Shown: in pieces, positions 13,240 to 25,763 of the stretch
How the letters are laid out: each line of letters begins with the position of its first letter
How positions within the stretch are numbered: position 1 is the first letter of the stretch
Source: Lama glama
Lineage: Eukaryota
Reading direction: 5' to 3'
Assembly (NCBI GenBank): GCA_028534125.1
Contig: CM052816.1
Location: forward strand, 76,324,001 to 76,388,000
Length of the DNA stretch: 64,000 nt
Notes under the pieces: model-generated
The model's input: only the letters and a program-made list of their open reading frames with translations
Told to the model about the DNA's origin: nothing
Database searches by the model: none
Position numbers and translations under genes: made by a program

Positions 13240-14250
13240 AATCTCCTGTGCAGAGACCTCATCTTCCCCTTCCTTCCCTTACCCTCAGTATTTCACAATA
13301 CCAATAAAAAATGAAATACTCAATCAGATGGTTATTCTTTGTATAGAAAACATCAAAAAACTGATTTGACTCATTATTTCAGCTGAATCACTGGGATTTT
13401 TTTCATAGACAAATTCAACATGAAATTGACATACATTATAGCACAGATCTATATGTGGATTCTAAGAAAATTTTCTCTATATATTGCATTTAGGTTACCC
13501 TAGCAAAGGAAAATTATGTGCATGAGCAAAGTAGACTTGAAAAAATAATAATATTCATAGAATAGCTATGTATTGAATAGACGAATGTTAAAATAAAGTT
13601 TCTATCAGACTGAAATCAAGTCTAGGCAGGAATTTGTGTCTGTATTAAAAAGACAAGAGTGGTTTTGGATTGGCTTTGCTAATAGTTGTAGGAAAACATT
13701 TCCAGGACTTATCTTTCCGTGAAGGAAATTCAGTGGTATTTACCAATTCAACTAAACAAAGATTGGTAGATAAGCATTTTTCCTGTGAAGCACTTTTAGT
13801 CTGCCCTTTTGTTGCATAATCTTTGAAATCATTTACTCATTGCTGATTAATTCCCAGGAAAAGGCATCAATCCTCCATCTCCTGTTTTCCAAATCTGTAG
13901 AATTCTTCATATTGTTACAAATTATCCTACATGTAATACAGTTTTAAATTATCCCTAATGAACAATAAAACTCAGATATCAAATGTATAATTTCATAAAC
14001 AAAGTCACTTTTAATAAAACTGAGTGCCACAGGTTTGTCTGAAGAATGGTCCACTGGAATCTGAAAATATTGGTCAAACTTTAAGTTCAATAATAATAAA
14101 AATAATTGAGTCAAATAAGCCAAATATGCAGGAAAGGGTAATAATACATTGAATAGTTTAACATCCTGGGTCAAATTTGAATAAAATAATGCTAAGTTTG
14201 TTCTCTGGCACTGACAATGATATCGTGTATTTTCTTCTTCTTTTTCTTAC

Positions 14251-14562
14251 ACACGTTGAAGAAAGTATATTTACTTGGGGTTGGTGAACTTCTTTTGGCT
14301 AAGGTGCACATGCCATGCTTTGGTTCATTTAGGATTGTTGTACTCCAGTCAGTCGGCTGCCCTCTTCCTCTGACCTCCAGCCGTCCCTGTCTTTCTGTGG
14401 TGTGTACCACTGTCGTTAGAGGCAACTATTTAGGTTTTCTCTGTCTATGTTTTGCTTCCTGCTTGCATTTAAGTTGTTACTCCCAAAGCTTAGTGTACAT
14501 CCCCAGATGTGAAGAGAGTTATATTAGACTGCCTTGAAATAGGGGTAGCGAAGGCTTTTATA
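14251..14562 (-). promoter_or_regulatory. Candidate TATA promoter and first exon of an antisense transcript
   Basis: TATAAAAG at 14562-14555; Inr-like CAGTCT with A at 14530; donor TGT|gtaaga at 14251; non-repetitive, relatively CpG-rich. Confidence 0.4.
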
Positions 14563-14719
14563 TTTACTTGTGAGAGTTGATTAGACCAACCCTTTCTCAT
14601 CCACCAAACGCTTTTCATCTTTGTTTCTGCTCGCATTTGCTGCCGCACTTTACCTCCTCTTTGTTTTCCCAATTCTCTGAGAGCCTCCCTTTTGAGCACA
14701 GGGATTCTCCTTTCAATAT

Positions 14720-15815
14720 TCATTTATTGATATATCCAGTCATTCAAGCAAACTAATACTAATTAAATGCATATTGTGTTCTAAGTATAAAGATGTTGTG
14801 GTAGAAAAGGCATATATGGTCCTTGTCCCCACAGTGCTTTCTGGCTCAGATGGCTCCATATAGCTATAATTTTTAGATGTCCTGTTTGAGGTGATGTGAG
14901 TGCACACAGCACAAAATCTAACCCAGCCTAGGGAGATCTATGAAGGCTTATTACTGGAAATGACCACCAGGATAATTCAGTAGAAGTTATATGTAAGTTC
15001 ACGAGGCAAAGGGATCCAGAAGAACTAAGAAACTGTTCCAAGTGGTTAGAATCACCTATGGGACAGCTGTGAAATAAAAGAGAATCATGGCAGGTTTGAG
15101 GAAGGAATTTGAGAGGCCTGAGAATAAATTGTGTGAAGAGGGTGTTAAGAAAAAATATGTGCGGGGAAGCTAGGTCTAAGGTAAATTTATTTATTTGTTT
15201 GTATTTTTATTTATTTATTTTTTTTACCATTTATAAAGATTTTATCATTTGAAAGAGACTGTATCCTAAGGGCTAGGAGAAGTCACTGAAATATTTGAAG
15301 CAGTAGACTGATAGAAGTTTTTAATTTTTAGAAATAATCATCAGGCCACAATGTGTAAAGTACATAGAGGTCCCATTGCCAGAATTCAGGTGATCAGACT
15401 ATCAAAAGAGTCCAGGCAAAAAATGATGGAAGCTAGGGTTGGGCCAGTGGAAATGGAGAGAAGAGGAGAGTAGAGGTAATACTTAAACACAGGGAACTAT
15501 ATTCAGTATCTTATAGTAACCTATAATGAAAAAGAATATGAAAGTGAATATATGTATGTATATGTATGGCTAAACTATTATGCTGTATACCAGAAATTGA
15601 CACATTATAAACTGACTATATATTTCAATAAAAATATATTTATTTAGGGAGTAGCATCAATAAGATAAATAGGCAAGAAAGAGGAAGAAGTCGAAGATAA
15701 TAGCTGGATTTTTGTCTCAGGACACTGAATGAATAGAAAATTAACTGTCATAGAGAACACTGAGGAAGCATACTTGGAGGGCATGGAAATGTATAAACAC
15801 AAATTTGGTCATACT
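14720..15815 (-). mobile_element. L2 LINE 3' fragment (interrupted by an L1 3' end)
   Basis: Antisense L2 tail (tcatttattga...cattcaagc) followed by typical GA-rich L2 motifs. Confidence 0.65.
15487..15635 (+). mobile_element. Short L1 3' end nested in L2
   Basis: cacagggaactatattcagtatcttatagtaacctataatg...aactgactatatatttcaataaaaa. Confidence 0.9.
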
Positions 15816-15829
15816 ACTTTTTATTATAT

Positions 15830-16108
15830 TTACATAACTACAGTAGTCAAAACAGCGTGGTATTGGCATAAAAACAGATACATGGATCAATGGAATGAAT
15901 AGAAAGCCCAGAAATAAACCCACAAACCTATGGTCAAATTAATCTTTGACAAAGGAGACAAGAATATACAATGGAGAAAAGACAGTCTCTTCAGCAAGTG
16001 GTGTTGGGAAAACTGAATAGCAGCATGTAAATCAATGAAGTTAGAACACTCCCTCACTCCATACACAAAAATAAACACAAAATGGCTTAAAGACTTAAAT
16101 ATAAGACC
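15830..16108 (+). mobile_element. Young L1 internal ORF2 fragment
   Basis: Translates (with frameshifts) as [74 protein letters not shown]. Confidence 0.9.
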
Positions 16109-16640
16109 CAGCCATTCTTTATCTAAGAGAAATGAAAGCGTATGTGCATCCAAAGACTTGCAGATAAATATTCACCGCAGCTTTTCTTGTAATAGCCAAA
16201 AAAAGGGGAAATAACTCAAATACCGTTGACAGTTGAGTGGAAAAACAAATTATAACATATCCATTCAGCAGAATATTACCTACAAATAAAAAGAAACAAA
16301 TTATTGATATATGTACCAGCTGGATGAATATTAAATAATTATATGGAGTAAAAGAAGCCAGATGAAAAATACTGTCTGATCTCATTTACATAAAATTCTA
16401 TAAAATTCAAACTAATCTGTAGTAACAGAAAGAAGATGAGAGGTTTTTGGGGACACTGAGTGTGTCCAGAGAAAGACAGGGAGAATAATTAACAAAGAGG
16501 CATGAGGAAATTTGGGAGATGATTGAATATGTTCATTAGTTAGATTGCAGTGATGTTTTTATGGGTATATTCATAAGTCAAAAATTGTACACGGACAGTT
16601 TATTGTTTGTCAAATTTAAAACTTAACAAAGCTGTTGAAT
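16109..16640 (+). mobile_element. Old L1M (L1MB/MC/ME-type) 3' end
   Basis: agagaaatgaaagcgtatgtgcatccaaagacttg...atgttcattagttagattgcagtgatg...cttaacaaagctgtt. Confidence 0.8.
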
Positions 16641-17679
16641 ATTATTTCTACACTCCAACATGACACAAATATACTAACTTGACTAAAAAAAAAATCTAAA
16701 AAAAACAATAAAACAGAAAATAATATACTATTTATTCTCATGATTTGATCAGGTAATTCACTCAAAATCAAAACAGCACCAGTTTCATGGATTTGTCCAG
16801 TCATTTTTCACTCAGGATGAAAGAACTCTGAGAACTGATAATGAAGCCTCAAGAATGTGGTGACAAGTTGAAAAATGTGTACCCTTTTCCCTTAAACTCT
16901 CACACACTAAATTGGAATCACTGTTTTTACCCAGAAAATACTTCTCCCTGGTTTCCAAGTAAACTTCCAGGAAACAGTATTCAATATACATTTTTTTCTT
17001 TTTCTTTGTAAATATCTGTTTTTCACAGATTTGGAAAATCAGCTTTTTTCTTACTATGTTTTGTTTTCTCATAAAAAATTCCCAGAAACAGATGTCTTAA
17101 AATTATATATTGGAAGCACTAAAAAATGACTTCACATCTGCAACTTCTAAAATATGTTTTAATATTTCACAATTCTTTCAAGTCCTTTGGTTTCTTGAAT
17201 GTAGTGTTTTTCAAAGATACTCCTTCTCAATTTTCGTCATCTTTAACATTTGTTGTAACCTTAGTACTCTAATACCATTTAAAAAAAATTTGTTGTACTT
17301 TTTCCTTTTGACTTTGGACATACAATTATAAAACATTCAATTGGCAGATTGTATTTTGCACCATAGGCTTGAATTTATTTTATGCTTAAGTGAAGAATAA
17401 TCCTTATTTGTCTGATTACAATTTTTTAATTGTTTAGGATAAACAATTCTCTTTCTAGTCCTAAGGGATTATATTAAAGAGGAGTAAAAGAACTCAGTCG
17501 CTCAATATTTTCCTCTTATCTCCACCCTTACACCAAGCCCAAATCCAGGGGATGATTTATAGAGCAGATGTGGAGTCCTTCATCCCTAGACCTCACTGGA
17601 GAAGGCTACATGTTCTTCAGAGAAACCTGGCCTTTGCATACTGCCGTGTTCCCTATAGCAAGGAAGTAATGGGATGGAG

Positions 17680-17802
17680 GTAGGATGAACCTACATTCCC
17701 ATCTGCCTGGGACAGTCTTGGTTTGTTTTACACTTGATTGGTTTTTGCATACTTATCAGTAGCTGTCCATTTTACTCTCAAGATTATCCTGGTTTGAATG
17801 AT
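17680..17802 (-). mobile_element. MER81-like hAT (Blackjack group) element
   Basis: tgcctgggacagtcttggttt...ttttactctcaagattatcctggtttgaatgat resembles the MER81 consensus. Confidence 0.55.
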
Positions 17803-17804
17803 GG

Positions 17805-18390
17805 AGTAGCTCCCATCTCCTTCACTGGGCTGGTGCACTTATCCCACAGTAGTCACAAGGGCTGGTTGCTGAAAACTCAGAGCTGGTCCTTCCCAGGAGA
17901 ACAGACCTCAGCTGAATCAGATGCAACCTTAAATAGGAGGTTATGCTCCATTTCCCTACCCTCCACCCACAGCAGCCAGAGGCTGAAAACTGACTAATGG
18001 GCCAGGATGATTCTCTTGCTCAAGGTAGGACCAACTCTATGATGCAATTTGTGCTCCAAACTTCCATTGAATCAGGCTGAAGCTAGTCTCTAGCTGAGAC
18101 CACATTCTTGCTTGTTTTTTTTTTCTGTTTTTTTTTTCATTTGTTTGTTTGTTTTCCACCTTACATTTCATTTACTCCCTTTCTCCTGCAAATTCTTCTG
18201 TTTCGTCTTGTTTTGTTTTTGGTGGGGGTGGGTAGTTAGGTTTACTTATTTATTTTTGGAGGAGGTACTGGGGATTGAACCCGGAACTTTATGTTTGCTA
18301 AGCATGCGCTCTACCACTTGAGTTATACTTCCCACCCACTTGAAAATTCTTGATCGATAAATTATTTACACTAAAACCTAATAGAGGTAG
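17805..18390 (+). mobile_element. ERVL LTR (LTR16A-like), interrupted by a SINE
   Basis: tcaaggtaggaccaactctatgatgcaatttgtgctcca...tcaggctgaagctagtctctagctgagaccacat matches LTR16-family motifs. Confidence 0.65.
18198..18337 (-). mobile_element. tRNA-derived SINE, Vic-1-like (camelid)
   Basis: Minus strand gggaagtataactcaagtggtagagcgcatgcttagc...gggttcaatccccagtacctcc with A and B boxes and an A-rich tail; flanking repeat aaattctt. Confidence 0.9.
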
Positions 18391-18394
18391 TGCT

Positions 18395-19235
18395 GAAATT
18401 GGTGCCAGGAAGCAGGCTTTGAAGATGGGACAGTGGGGTTAGAAAACTCTTAACTGGATGGCAATGAGAGTCCAATCACTTAGTAGGCAAAGAGTTGATA
18501 GTCTGTAGCTTGCTTTGGTTTTGTAATTGCTTAAACTTGCTCCCATGGTGAACCTGTGGAAGGGCATAGATTAACCAGTCAATGTCTATGATGTTTGAGA
18601 ACTATGAGAAAACTAGTAACTGTAAGTATTACTGAAATTGAGTAGCTACTACTAAATACCATGTGTGTGTTAAAAAGAGAAAATAATAGGCTCAGATCCA
18701 TTTATTATGAATTTAAGCCAACATATGAAAACCAGAGAGTCTACCTGGCAATATTTAAAGAGGTTCTCATCTCTTGAAGCCAGAGAGAAGACAGAGCTGA
18801 AAGTTAGGCATGGTTCTTGAATATAAAAGAGAAGAAACTATTCTCAGCTTAGGAAATCTCCTTCACCAGTAGTGGCTTTGATGGGGAGGAAGTATGAGCC
18901 TAAGACTTGAATTGGGGGATATAGGGCTAGATGCAGTTAAAATCCTTCAGTCCCCTGAGTTCCTGAACCCTCCAGGTCTGCAAAATCGGCCTGCTCCCCT
19001 TGTTGGAAGATAAGAACTCACTTGTTCATCTCCAGTGAGGTAAAAGTGCCTTACAAGACAATCCCCTCCTTCTTCAGCACCTGCTTTCATACATTTCCAT
19101 GACCACCAGTGTTCATAAACAGGGTCAGATAGCAGGATGCTCTGACTATGGAAGTGTTGGGTCTAGTAGAGAAGAATAATTATACACCAAAGAAATTTTA
19201 AAATCTAGCTAACATGCATTGGAAAGAAACTCAGT
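18395..19235 (+). mobile_element. ERVL internal 5' portion (ERV3-16A3-like), decayed
   Basis: Starts with ttggtgccagga (PBS-like) just after the LTR16; degenerate gag-region-like sequence follows. Confidence 0.55.
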
Positions 19236-19713
19236 GGTCAATATAATTATATTAATAGTTGTGATTTTGGAAATATAAACAGAGGCATAATTAAATAACA
19301 AACTTCAAGGTACCTGAAGATTATTGATATTTTGCAGTGTTTTTTAATAGTGTTTTGCACTGTTTCAGTTTTAGCTACAGTTATTTTTACGTTTCCCAAC
19401 GATGGCTTAGATAAATTAAAAGTTCTGACTCAATTTTAAGATCTTATCAAATAAATGAAAGCATAACATTATAGTCTGTATTTGATAACTTTAATTATAT
19501 TTTATCAATGCCTATTAAAAATGAAAATTACTTTATTCAAAGGAAATTGTAGTTGAATACTATTTTATTTCTGAGTATATTTTTCCAATATTTTATTAGT
19601 TTAATATTCTGAGATTATTTTAATGATATCAAACCTGAAGAAACCTTGGTCTCTAATTTGTAATTATTCTGGGTTGCTGGAATTTGGAACCAGTTAAGGA
19701 GTTTCTTTTCCAG

Positions 19714-19746
19714 GACCAGAGTCATGTATTTTCAAGATCCCTGAAG
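19714..19746 (+). CDS. Candidate exon C, 33 nt (DQSHVFSRSLK), phase 0 to 0
   Basis: tttcttttccag|GAC...AAG|gtaatg; both splice sites are good and the sequence is non-repetitive. Confidence 0.45.
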
Positions 19747-20869
19747 GTAATGACTATATAACCAGATTTTCATAAACTATATATCTACCTGATACAGAAA
19801 ATAATTTGATACATTTTTAATTTGATTCAAAAGTATTTAGCTGAATGTTAAACATATTGTCTTCATGTATATTTCTATAGAGTGATGTCAGATGATCATT
19901 TTATGGAGAAAGAAAAAAATTTACATATTTCTTGATTAAAACAACTCCATTCGGCCTAGAAGTTTCAGGCAGAAGTAAGGATGGGCGGTTTGTGTGCAGA
20001 TTTTGATACATTAGTGCTTAGAGACCAAGAAAGAGAACCAGCATATGTGCTTTTATTGTGGACCTTTCCACTTGAAGATGCACCTTTGAAAGCGTAAAAT
20101 ACCTCTGAGATCCTCTTCAGACACTTTAAAATAGTGATCTTCCATCTGAGATCCTGGCGTCCTTGGTCTTCAGCAGAATGTCAGTGGTCATATCAGTTGC
20201 CAAATCAGGTCGAGAGGCCAGGCTCTAGGTTCCAACTGTGTATTCACTGAGAGCAGCTTTATTTTTATCTACTGTAGACATTGGCCTTCTAAATAGGATT
20301 ATATTTGAGGAAAGAAATAATTACACTTGAAAATTATTGCCTTAGTTGTCAGTGGGTCTTTTGCTTGGAGTAGCAATTTTCCCACCTCACCATCACACCT
20401 GTATATCATTTTCAGGGATCTCCATGGTGTGTCTGCCTTTGCTTTATCTTGTACTACTTTCCATTGCAAAGCTTCCACTCTGTGCTGACCTTCCTTTGCA
20501 GAATCTGTGCTTACTCTCCACCCTGAAATCCTTCCTGTGCTGATGTTCTCACCCGGAGCCCTTTCTAGGTCACACAGGTCACTTTCTTCTTGATTGCTGG
20601 TTGCATCTAATGCCAGTATGTATGTATGTATGTATGTGTATATATATCTCCAGTGATTCACTATTTTCATATATTTCTTTCTTAATTTTGATTAAATAGC
20701 AGCCATGTTTTGTCATGTAGACTGCTGGAACCCACATGAAAACTCAATAGATAAATGTTGATCGATTGATTGCTGTCACATCTGATTGTTACTTCTATGT
20801 CAGTACATCCTGAGACCCTTGCTTCATCAACTAGGTTAGTAGATTTTTGCTCTTCTCTTAAAAACAAAT

Positions 20870-22730
20870 GCTAATTTTAAAGCAATCTCAAGGTTACAGA
20901 AGAGCAACATGTACAGTACAAGAATTTTTCCCTGAACTATTTGAAGAAAAGGAACCAAACTGATACCCAAGCTCTTCTAAATATTCTACTGTGTAATCTT
21001 AAAAAGACCTTCTCCCCTGCATAATCACAATACAACTATCAACATTAGGAAATTAACACTGATATGTTTCTACCATTTAAACATTAGACACTTTTCCAGT
21101 CTTGCCAAATGTCTCATTGTTGTCCTTTACAGCAGTGGTTCCAGTCTAGAATTACAAGCTGTATTTTGTTTTCATGTCTCTTTAATCTCTGATACTTTCA
21201 AAGATTACAGTCGTATTACTTTGCAAATGATCCATCTGTTTGAGTTTGTCTGATGTTTACTTGTGACTTAATTCAAGTTATGCATCTTTGGGAGGAATAG
21301 CACAGAAGTCACATTGTATTCTACTTACTACTTTCTACTATGTGGCACATGATTTTAATATTTCTGAATATTATTAATTTATACTTTAATTACTTTATGG
21401 TTAAGTATTGTGTCTGCCAGGCTTCTCCACCAAAAAGTTATTCTTTTTCTCTTTTTAATTATCAAATGTATTTGTGGGGACATATTTTCAACTATGTAAA
21501 TGTCCAGTTCCTCATGAAAGTTTTCATTTGTTACTGTGGGCATATTAATGTGAACTCATGGTTTCCTATTTTATTAAATGGGTTACGAGACATTAATTAT
21601 TTACTTTGATGCTCAACTTGTCTCAGATTTGCGTAGTGAAGCCCTTTCAAGCTAGCTTCTGTGAACTCTGACATATCCCTATCATTCTTTGAGTACTTAC
21701 TTGTTTTCTGGCATAGAATGATGTTCCAGATTCATCTTATATTCTCCTTGCTCAAGCCCTGAAATCAGCTATTTCACCAAGAAACCTTAGTTCCTCCAAT
21801 TAGAAGCCAGATTTGAGTGTTTGAGTGGAAAGTGCACTCATTCCTATTAGGCTATCATTGCTTGCAGACTACCTTGCTGGACAGAACTTAGAGTATGTGT
21901 ATATACATCCACACATATTTCATATATACACATATATTTATATCTATATGTAAATATATCCATATATATCAATATATATTGAAAACCACACATTTCATAC
22001 CAATATCTTCAGTTTTAACCCCAAACCACGGGGTTCATTCCACTTTTCTCCAGTTCTGTATTTGTAACTCCCTTCTCTGGCTATACCAGTCTGGTCTTCA
22101 TTATCCTTCATATTTTAAATTTTCTCAGTATCCCCCGGTGTAACCAATTCCCCACTGCTGCTTGTACCCACTCCCCACTCACACTGCACAGATTCTGATT
22201 TCTGACACTGTTCCCTCCCTGCCATACACATGAATTCCCTCCTCCCCGAGTTCAGGCTCTGACCCCTCCTCACTCCAGGCCACCTCCATACAAGCACCCT
22301 CCTCACACGATTCCATCTGCACTGCTGAATGTCTGCTAAATACCATCATCCTCTGACACCCACAGCTGGCTGCTTCTTCATACGGACACCTTCTTTACTA
22401 TCTGGGCTCTGTCACCCCACATCAAAACTTTTCCCATATGTGTAAGCCTCAGCAGCCCACCCAGACTCTGACAAGCTGCCCCTTTGTGAAGGTACCCTCC
22501 AAAGTCCTGACCCAGGCCACCTCTCCGTGTGGATTACTTTCTTCTCATCCTGTTCAGACTCTGGCATCCCTTTCTCCTTTTGAGGGGCTTTGATAGCCTA
22601 TGCTGGTCATTGCTGACACATAGCTGCTTTCCTCACCCTGCTTGGTTCTCAAGACTCCACACCAGGCTCAGCCTCCACCTAACTTGTCCTGCTTGACTTC
22701 AGGGCATTAGGACTGAATTACTCCAGAAGG
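20870..22730 (-). mobile_element. L1MC4/L1MC5-type 3' end
   Basis: cataatcacaatacaactatcaacattaggaaattaacactgata and gatgttccagattcatcttatattctc motifs, plus the C-rich degenerate repeat block at 22150-22700. Confidence 0.75.
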
Positions 22731-23111
22731 GAAGAGGAGGGGAGAGAGAAAAAAAAGGAGAGAGATCTTTGATCTTTTGCTTGCTTATAGTCACCAAAAT
22801 TTCCCCTTCCTATTGTTTTTCTTTTTCTGGCTAAAGAATCACTTCCAATCTACTTTGGGACTTTTATCCCAGTGAAGCCACCAATGATCTCAACTGTAGC
22901 CTCTCTATTGTGTATTCTTATACGAAACTCATTGCATGGATGCAACTAGACACATAAGATGCTTAATGAATAATATTTTATTTTAATCCATACCAGCATA
23001 AGAAATTATTGGCTCAGCATGATGAACTCTGATTTGCATACCTTACTTAGAAATAGAACCCTACAGGAATCAATAATTTGTATCATTATGTTATTCATTT
23101 TATTTTTTCAG

Positions 23112-23169
23112 GATGTTTTTGTTATATGACAGCAATACTTTAAAAGGGAAAAACCTAGCCCAACAACCG
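23112..23169 (+). CDS. Candidate exon D, 58 nt (phase 0: DVFVI*QQYFKREKPSPTT; alternative open frame MFLLYDSNTLKGKNLAQQP)
   Basis: Long T-rich tract ttcattttattttttcag|G and donor CCG|gtaaat; non-repetitive. Confidence 0.5.
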
Positions 23170-23899
23170 GTAAATATGATTTTAATGAACATGTGACTTC
23201 ACACCCACTGGATTGACTAAAATCTTCTGTTATTTGGCATTATCTACTAGTATCCTTTTAGTAGTAAAATGTTCAGATTCATTTTGAAAATAAAAATAAA
23301 AATAAAAATACAACACCAGAGGTAATTGTCTGAGGCAGGCAATATCCTTAAGAATGCTTCTTTACTAACTGTGCTTATTCATTATACAATTACGGTGGGA
23401 AATATATGCACATAAAGCCACAAAGGTTCATAATATGGTTTTAATAGTGTCTAAGGGAGTATTTAGGATTCTGATATTAGCACATGTTCCAATCAGTCCA
23501 ATATTTATTCATTTCAGAAGTAACAAAGACACTATAATCTAGACAATTTTCCTTTGTCTAGCATAATTACTTGAAGATAAAGCAGAACTCTAATATGATA
23601 AATTAAGAAAATAAAGGATGTTTGAATAGATATGCTGCTTTAAGGAGGAGTGATACAATTACCTAAAAGCATATTATCTTTTTAACAGACAACGTTTGTT
23701 GGCTTCCTCTGCAATGAGCGAATAGAAATTCTTGCTAATTTTAGTCAAAAATAGACCAGTGACTGGCTGAACTCCAGTGGTTGTAACAAACCAAAGATTC
23801 CAAGCTATGTGCATAGGATCTGGTGGCAAAAGTAATGAGATTTGCTCCACAAGACTCAGGCTTCCTGTAGGAATGAGTGGAAAGGAAAGGACCAAGTTT

Positions 23900-24050
23900 A
23901 GGGGTACATTCTTTGTGTCAGCACCATGATAACTATTTTATATGTTACTTCATTTACATCTCAGACAGCCCTGAAAGATAGTTATCATTCATCTCAAATA
24001 ACAGCAAATTAAAAGAGAAATTAAGACATTTGCTGATCATCGTACTCTAT
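23900..24050 (-). mobile_element. MIR fragment
   Basis: cttcatttacatctcagacagccctgaaagatagttatcatt resembles the antisense MIR core. Confidence 0.55.
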
Positions 24051-24994
24051 AATAGACACTGCCTGGGCAAACAGAGAAAACAATGTAAATGGAAGCTCCT
24101 GGGGTTTGCAATATGGTGGCCCCGTGGAAGAGTCCAGTGTGGCTTAGTGTGTTCTTCAACTTTCTAAGGCATCATTCCTTCCCAAACAAGCTTCTTGTGA
24201 TAGTGCAAGAAGGTTTGTAGTTTCATGACTGTTAAGCAAAACCAAATTAGAAACTATATTTCTACTTGAGTTTGCATGGATTTCTCCAATGAGAAAACTA
24301 GCTAAACACAAGAAATGATGTTATAATGACATGGCAGAAATTCACTCTGAAGTTATTTATTAAATTTCCTAATTTTATATTAATAAAATTCTCTTTTTTC
24401 TTTAATATTTTCATGATCTCAAAAAATGATGACTTTTCACTAAAGGTTGCAATGGTAAATGTAGAAATTTAGTTTGATTTTATAGTCCTGCATGGTAATT
24501 GTAAACATTTTTGTTTTTTCAATATGGCCTTTATATGTTTCATTATACTTAATATGGATCCTACATTAGTGTAAGGGATGGTGTTTGACAGGTGCCTGAT
24601 ACTGACTTTTAAAATGTTGTTAATTGTAAGCTCAGCTGGACTTAAAGGTTGTGCTTCAGCTTTCACTTCACTTTTCCCAGATTCTTCTTTTAAATTGATA
24701 ACTAAAGCTAACTCTAATTTGGTTTTCTGGGATCAAATTGTGAAGTTAATGTGAGTTAAGGAGATATACTCAAGAGTTTCAAAGGCAAGTGGAATTATTA
24801 GGGTGATATTTCATAAAAAGAAGAAATGCACATTGCAGCCTGTGTGTGATTTTTATGATATTTCATCTACTTGTGATTGTCTCCCCATCACCCATATATG
24901 CTAACACACACTTGTACAATGTATACATATGTAGCCCCCCACTCCACACACATACCCACACACCACAGCCTTGTTTTGCAACCTGCTGGACTTA

Positions 24995-25150
24995 GCAGTC
25001 AAGTAGCCTTGGTCAAGTCACTTAAACTTCAAGAATTTAATTTTCCTCATTGAACAATGGGAAAATGACACTACCTTTGTTTTAGGTAATTATAAGGATA
25101 AAATGAGTTTAGATATGAAGACAGCTTAACACATAGTCAACAAAAATATT
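24995..25150 (+). mobile_element. MIR fragment
   Basis: ccttggtcaagtcacttaaact...ttcctcattgaacaatggg. Confidence 0.6.
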
Positions 25151-25642
25151 AATCATTTTTTGCGATACAAGATTTGTTGACTCTCCTTTTAATCTGGCAA
25201 TTTGTTATATCAAATTTAGTGCTTTATTATATTACCATTTATAATTATTTAAATGTCTAATGTGTATTAGTTTTATCTACCCCATTATAAAATATGTGCC
25301 TGAGAGCACTTGAGGTCAGATTAGTTCATGGGAAGAATCATTGAGATACTGAGTTTCTGAACTAAGGAGTTTTGTAATCTCTATATCACTCATATATACG
25401 ATACTAATTACAAATTTATGTAAGTGAATTAAATATGTGGTCACTCACATGAACTAAAAATTTGTGGTTAACAAAAGAATTTTCAACTAATTCATATTTT
25501 TGTATTAAAGGGGTGTAACTAGAGACACTTTAAAAGACTAAGAGATTTTTGCTTGCAGTTGAATTTGAACTTTGATGGTACAATTTAAGGAATCAGAATT
25601 TTCAAAGTTTAGGGTAAAAGTTTGACTGGCTTAGTAAACATT

Positions 25643-25763
25643 AATTTAATTTAATTTTATTTTGATATAAGCAAGATTTTTATTAGTGAAGTAAAAAAAA
25701 TAGTGAAAGATAATACACTTCCGAGAATTGGGAGCGGGCCAATCCGAGAGAGGAAGAATGGCC
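25643..25763 (-). mobile_element. Short polyadenylated non-L1 retrocopy (LTR-like) with TSD
   Basis: TSD core agtaaacatt at 25633-25642 and 25764-25773; AT-rich tail; minus-strand AATAAA at 25679-25684; TT|AAAA target site. Confidence 0.75.

Noticed and set aside
14192..14425. 77-aa minus-strand ORF with a lysine run
   Set aside because: It has a non-ATG start, and its K-rich end lies past the candidate splice donor in an A-rich tract; better explained as UTR plus intron.
18255..18335. tRNA-like sequence
   Set aside because: It is the head of a SINE with an A-rich tail and flanking repeats, not a tRNA gene.
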